Positions 35,378 through 39,409 of a DNA stretch of 39,409 bases are shown here, in pieces. The notes beneath the pieces were generated by a model. It was not told the DNA's origin and searched no databases. It saw only the letters and a program-made list of their open reading frames with translations. The stretch's first letter is position 1, and the number at the start of each line of letters is the position of its first letter. Origin of the DNA: Gemmatimonadota bacterium (GTDB lineage: Bacteria; Gemmatimonadota; Gemmatimonadetes; JACCXV01; JAHWKZ01); contig DASRVB010000094.1 in NCBI GenBank assembly GCA_035687725.1, forward strand, positions 1 to 39,409. The letters run 5' to 3'. Made by a program: the position numbers and the translations under genes.

Positions 35378-36310
35378 CTATCCGGCCGCGGCCAGCTCCC
35401 AGCGGAAGCGCGTGTTCGAGGCTCCGTAGGAGTGCTCCCCCAGATGCTTCGCGAAGTCGCGTGCCCAGTGGGGCCTCCGGCCATCGACGTCGGCGAAGCC
35501 GTACTCCTCGGACAGCCCCCACGAGCTGAACAGGCCGCCGCTCTTCGCGGAGACGTCGGGATCGGCGGCCAGCGCGGCGATCGCGCGGCCGACGAAGCAC
35601 GGCGTCTCCGAGGCGCTGAGAAGGAAGCGCTTCGCCGCGGCGTTCGTCTCGGCGACCTCCTGCCAGTTCTCTTCGGTCGCCCCGAACGTGTCGAGGGCGG
35701 TCTCGGTGCGCATGAACCCGGGCGTGATCGAGAGCGCGGTGACCCCCTTGCCGGCCAGCTCTTCGGCCAGCCCGGAAGCGAGCCGCACGAGCGAGGTTCG
35801 AACGAGGTCGTAGAACAGCGGCCCGCGGTAGCCGATCGTGTCTCCGTCGGTGATCTCGACGATGAGGCCGGACCCCTGCTTGACCATGCGCTTCGCCCCG
35901 TGAAATGCGGTCGACAGATGGGGCCAGAGCCAGGCCTCGACAAACGCGCGCCCCGCGGGGAGCGACTGCTTCCAGAAGGGCCGCAAGTCGGTGACCTGCG
36001 CGGTGGCGAGCACCAGGACCAGCATGTCCAAGCGCTTCCGCTCGCGCTGCACGCGCCGGAAGAGGGCGTCGACCGCGGCCTCGTCCGCGTGGTCGACGCG
36101 GGCCGGGATTCCGACGCCTCCCGCGGCCTCCACGAGCTCGGCGGTTTCCTCCACGGTCTCGGGCCTTCCCGTGGGTCCCGGCGCCCCGCGGCTCGTGCGC
36201 GCGGTGCAGTAGACGGTGGCGCCAGCCTCGCCGAGCATGCGGGCGATCCCACGACCCGCCCCACGGGATGCCCCGGCCACCACCCCGACTTTCCCCTGCA
36301 ACGGCTTCAT
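35378..36310 (-). CDS. SDR family oxidoreductase (DHRS1-like)
   Basis: VAGASRGAGRG, GATVYCTAR, GLIVEITDG, FYDLVR, SITPGFMRTE, SETPCFVGRA; start ATG 36310. Confidence 0.9.
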   Translation of the reverse strand: MKPLQGKVGVVAGASRGAGRGIARMLGEAGATVYCTARTSRGAPGPTGRPETVEETAELVEAAGGVGIPARVDHADEAAVDALFRRVQRERKRLDMLVLVLATAQVTDLRPFWKQSLPAGRAFVEAWLWPHLSTAFHGAKRMVKQGSGLIVEITDGDTIGYRGPLFYDLVRTSLVRLASGLAEELAGKGVTALSITPGFMRTETALDTFGATEENWQEVAETNAAAKRFLLSASETPCFVGRAIAALAADPDVSAKSGGLFSSWGLSEEYGFADVDGRRPHWARDFAKHLGEHSYGASNTRFRWELAAAG

Positions 36311-36334
36311 CGCGGCTCCTTTCCTGAATCCCAT

Positions 36335-36414
36335 TGGACAGGCGGAACGATTCTCGCCTATACTGAATGCTGATTTAGTTACTGACTCTAAACGAAGCTT
36401 AAGAATTCTGTCAA
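36335..36414. promoter_or_regulatory. Face-to-face promoters for tetR and SDR with a candidate TetR operator
   Basis: Plus strand TGGACA (36335-40), 18 nt, TATACT (36359-64). Minus strand TTGACA (36414-09), 18 nt, TAGAGT (36390-85). Inverted repeat TTTAG-N9-CTAAA at 36374-36392. Locally AT-rich. Confidence 0.6.
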
Positions 36415-36417
36415 GCG

Positions 36418-37044
36418 ATGAGCCCGAGACCGCGAAAGGTGAGCGACGAGGAAGTGTTCGGGGCGGTGATGCGCGTCATGCACCGGGTTGCCCCCGCGCG
36501 GGTGACGCTCACGGAGATTGCCGCCGAGGCCGGCGTGACCCCGAGCGCGCTCGTCCAGCGCTTCGGCTCGAAGCGCCGGCTCCTGCTCGAGGTGATCGGT
36601 ACGGCGGCCGAAGGCACGGAAGAGTATTTCGCGCGCGTCCGTCGCGAGAGCCCGTCCCCGCTCACGGCCCTCCATGCATACGCCGAGTGCTTCGCCGAGA
36701 TGGCCGAATCGCCCGAGACCCTGGCGCACAATCTGGGCTACCTCCAGCTGGACCTGACCGATCCTGACTTCCGGAAGCACGCCCGCGACCAGGCCCGCGT
36801 GTCCGACCGCGCGATCCGCGACCTCCTGGAGGAAGCGGTGGCCGAAGGCGAGCTCGCGCGTGGAACGGATCTGGACATGCTGACGCGCGCGGTGATAGCG
36901 GTCCTCGGCGGCTCGCTGCTCGCGTGGGCGATCCGCCAGAAGGGCACCTCCGCACAGTGGATGCGGGCGGATCTGGATGCCGTGCTGAGGCCGCACATCT
37001 CGCGGAAGCGCGGCCGCGCGAGTCGGGGAGACCGAGCGCGATGA
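36418..37044 (+). CDS. TetR/AcrR family transcriptional regulator
   Basis: MSPRPRKVSDEEV...TLTEIAAEAGVTPSALVQRFGSKRRLL helix-turn-helix; divergent from the SDR. Confidence 0.93.
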   Translation: MSPRPRKVSDEEVFGAVMRVMHRVAPARVTLTEIAAEAGVTPSALVQRFGSKRRLLLEVIGTAAEGTEEYFARVRRESPSPLTALHAYAECFAEMAESPETLAHNLGYLQLDLTDPDFRKHARDQARVSDRAIRDLLEEAVAEGELARGTDLDMLTRAVIAVLGGSLLAWAIRQKGTSAQWMRADLDAVLRPHISRKRGRASRGDRAR

Positions 37045-37556
37045 GCGAGCCGGCGCGCTTCTGGACTGCCCTTCGCGCGATCGCCTACGCCGGTGCGTTC
37101 GTCGCTCTGTGGATCTGGATCGCCTACGAAGCCCATCTGCGCGACGTCCCGTTCGGCTTTCCGCTGCCGGTGTGGGCGTCGCCGATCGGGATCGCGCTGA
37201 TGGCGATCGGGCTGGGGCTCATGGGTGCTTGCGTGGCGATGTTCGTGGTTCGGGGCCACGGCACGCCCGCGCCGTTCGATCCGCCGCACGCGTTCGTCGT
37301 GAGCGGCCCTTATCGCTGGGTCCGGAATCCGATGTACATCGGAATGTTCGTTTTCCTCGTCGGATACGCCCTCTGCGCGGTGTCGTTCGCGGCGCTCCTG
37401 GTCGCGTTCGCGATGCTCGCGGTCGCCCATCTCGTCGCGGTCCTCTACGAGGAACCCTCGCTCGCACGGCGCTTCGGCGAGCCCTATCGCGCGTACCGCC
37501 GCACCACCCCGCGATGGATCCCGCGTTCGCCGCGCGGCCCCGCCGGCGGCTCGTGA
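37041..37556 (+). CDS. Isoprenylcysteine carboxyl methyltransferase (ICMT/PEMT) family membrane protein
   Basis: GHGTPAPFDPP, VVSGPYRWVRNPMY, EEPSLARRFGEPYRAYRRTTPRWIP; ATGA overlap with tetR. Confidence 0.9.
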   Translation: MSEPARFWTALRAIAYAGAFVALWIWIAYEAHLRDVPFGFPLPVWASPIGIALMAIGLGLMGACVAMFVVRGHGTPAPFDPPHAFVVSGPYRWVRNPMYIGMFVFLVGYALCAVSFAALLVAFAMLAVAHLVAVLYEEPSLARRFGEPYRAYRRTTPRWIPRSPRGPAGGS

Positions 37557-38005
37557 GCGCGCGCGGTCCGCTCTGGACCTGCGAGCAGTGCGCGCGCACG
37601 TTCGCGAACCGCAATCAGACCCATGCCTGCGGCCGGCACCGGCTGGAGGACCACTTCGAGGGAAGGCCGCCGGAAGTCCGGGCTCTGTTCGACGCGTTCC
37701 TCGCGGCCCTCGAGGAGATCGGCCCCGTCACGGTGCTCCCCCAGAAGACCCGCATCGCGTTCCATGTCCGGATGTCGTTCGCGCAAGCGACGCCCCACCG
37801 GGGCGGCCTGGACGGCCACCTGATCCTGGCCCGCCGCATCGAGGATCCGCGCTTCCTCGAAGTGCGCACGTTCTCCCCGCGGAACCATCTGCACAGATTC
37901 CGCATCGCCAAGGTCGAGGAGATCGACGCCCGGATGCGGGCCTGGATGCGCGAGGCGTACGAGGTCGGTGAGCAGCGGCATCTCGACCGGCCGGGAAGTC
38001 GTTGA
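37553..38005 (+). CDS. DUF5655-like protein with N-terminal Zn-finger-like motif
   Basis: GTGA overlap; WTCEQCARTFANRNQTHAC, PQKTRIAF, HLHRFRI, WMREAY. Confidence 0.75.
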   Translation: MSARGPLWTCEQCARTFANRNQTHACGRHRLEDHFEGRPPEVRALFDAFLAALEEIGPVTVLPQKTRIAFHVRMSFAQATPHRGGLDGHLILARRIEDPRFLEVRTFSPRNHLHRFRIAKVEEIDARMRAWMREAYEVGEQRHLDRPGSR

Positions 38006-38020
38006 CCGTCCGGGCCGGGG

Positions 38021-38383
38021 TCAGCCCTTCTCGTAGCTCGGCTGATACAGCTCGATCGTGAAGTCTCCGGGAGCGCGGAACGTGGTCCTGCGGCCGTATC
38101 CAACGTCTGCCACTTCGTCCACGAACTCGACTCCGCGCGCGCGAAGCCGGCGCATGGTGGCCTCGAGATCGTCGCAGTAGAACGAGATGTGGGCGGTTCC
38201 GGAAGCCATCGTCTCGCCGCCGCCCGTCTCGACGGGATGGCATCCCATCTCCGCTTCGGGCAGATCGAAGATCAGCCAGCCGCCGCCGACGTCCGTGGCG
38301 GGAAGCTCGAAGACGTCGCGCAGGAACGCGCGCAGGGCTTCGGGCTCGGACGAGTAGAACATCGTGTGCACCCCGCGGATCAT
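38021..38383 (-). CDS. VOC/glyoxalase family protein
   Basis: MIRGVHTMFYS...RAFLRDV...GGGWLIF.LP.AEMGCHP...ISFYCDDL...IELYQP; ATG overlaps the upstream stop. Confidence 0.9.
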   Translation of the reverse strand: MIRGVHTMFYSSEPEALRAFLRDVFELPATDVGGGWLIFDLPEAEMGCHPVETGGGETMASGTAHISFYCDDLEATMRRLRARGVEFVDEVADVGYGRRTTFRAPGDFTIELYQPSYEKG

Positions 38384-39351
38384 GAACCACTCTCCTCTCC
38401 GACGAGATCGGCCACCTCTGTGTCCGTCGCGGCCAGCAGCACGACGGTCGAGATCGCGAATGCGACGCCGAGCACAAGGATAAGCGGGTCGAAGACCGTG
38501 TCCAGCACCGTGAAGGGGCCGCCCAGCGCGATGCCGAACAGAACGATCGCGCCGAGCGCGTCGAGTCCCGCCATCGCCCAGCGCTCGGCGGTGCCGGTCT
38601 CTCCACGTTCGATCTCCCACAACAGCAGGATCACGGTGGGCACCAGCCAGAGGTCGATCCACGGCAGGAACGCGCGGTAGTGAGGGTGGAGTAGAGACGT
38701 CACCCAGAAGTCGCCCTCGGAGTACACGAGATACGGGAACAGCTCGGGAGCGAGATGGAGTCCGACGAGGACATAGATCGCGAGCCCGAGGCGGATGGCG
38801 ATCCCGTTCCGGGTCGGTTCGCGCGGCGCACGCAGGGGCGGCAGTCCCCGCGGGTCCCAACGGCTCGGAAACGGAGAAGGAGACCCCATGCCCCACCGCT
38901 GGATGACCGCGAACACCAGGACGACGATGCCGAAATTCGCGACCGCCCCGAACACGACATCCATCCAGCTCGTCGATCCCGTGAACGCGAAGCGGAAGGG
39001 AAGCAGATACGTGACGGTGTGGAATCCCCGCAGCCAAAGCGCCGTGAAAGCGAGGTGGACGAGCAGAACGCCGGCGGCGCACTTCCAGAAGAACGGCAGG
39101 ATCCGGGCGCCGACCAGCACCGACTGATCGGGCGCTAGCCGATACGCGACTTCCGCCGGATCGCCCATCGCGGCGAGCTGCTCGAGCGCGATCTTGTCGG
39201 CGGGAAGGTCGGACTCGCGGCGCCGGGCTTCGACCTCAGAGGTCAGCCGCGAGCGCAGGTCGTCGGCGACCTCGGCGCGCCGGTCCCGCGGCAGCCGCCT
39301 GACCACTTCGTGCACGTACCTGTCGATCCACTCATGCCACTCGACGATCAT
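38380..39351 (-). CDS. Membrane protein with N-terminal HAAS-type helical domain
   Basis: IDRYVHEVVRRLP...RAEVADDLRS...L..MGDPAEVA followed by about 6 TM segments; GAGGAG RBS. Confidence 0.78.
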   Translation of the reverse strand: MIVEWHEWIDRYVHEVVRRLPRDRRAEVADDLRSRLTSEVEARRRESDLPADKIALEQLAAMGDPAEVAYRLAPDQSVLVGARILPFFWKCAAGVLLVHLAFTALWLRGFHTVTYLLPFRFAFTGSTSWMDVVFGAVANFGIVVLVFAVIQRWGMGSPSPFPSRWDPRGLPPLRAPREPTRNGIAIRLGLAIYVLVGLHLAPELFPYLVYSEGDFWVTSLLHPHYRAFLPWIDLWLVPTVILLLWEIERGETGTAERWAMAGLDALGAIVLFGIALGGPFTVLDTVFDPLILVLGVAFAISTVVLLAATDTEVADLVGEESGS

Positions 39352-39409
39352 CCCACTCCTCTGGCCCGGGTCGTATCCCGAAACTAGTTATGTGCCGTCT
39401 CTCCATATA

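Overview
GC-rich, gene-dense bacterial DNA (Gemmatimonadota-like gene content; this assignment is inference only) with about 40 real CDSs. Most of the long overlapping ORFs in the track are GC-rich shadow frames. No rRNA, tRNA, CRISPR array, transposase or integrase was recognised. Left to right: 3' end of a cold-shock gene and its terminator; a PD40/TolB-propeller amidohydrolase; DUF1428; a DUF305 + LVIVD-propeller pair; an alpha/beta hydrolase; an MFS transporter; a DUF6582-like/GAF-like/class III nucleotide cyclase fusion; an AlkZ-like glycosylase; cupin, DoxX and YciI; a mycobacterial-Sdh1-type succinate dehydrogenase operon with a coupled TPR-like fourth gene and an upstream TGTCA-N6-TGACA palindrome; PEP mutase-family, HI0933, DUF3574, hydrolase, LysM, lipoprotein and cupin genes; LOG-family and GT1 genes; a metallophosphoesterase; a decayed cupredoxin not called in the ORF track; a radical SAM gene; a Pat/ArsN-like GNAT; a four-gene coupled cassette (O-methyltransferase, SAM methyltransferase, ATP-grasp-like protein, ChrA); a ring-cleaving dioxygenase and GNAT; a divergent SDR/TetR pair with face-to-face promoters; ICMT-family, DUF5655, VOC and HAAS-type membrane genes. 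Best candidates for something undescribed: the cyclase fusion, the methyltransferase/ATP-grasp/ChrA cassette, the Sdh1-coupled TPR-like protein and the DUF305-LVIVD pair. All family calls come from motif recognition, not database searches.
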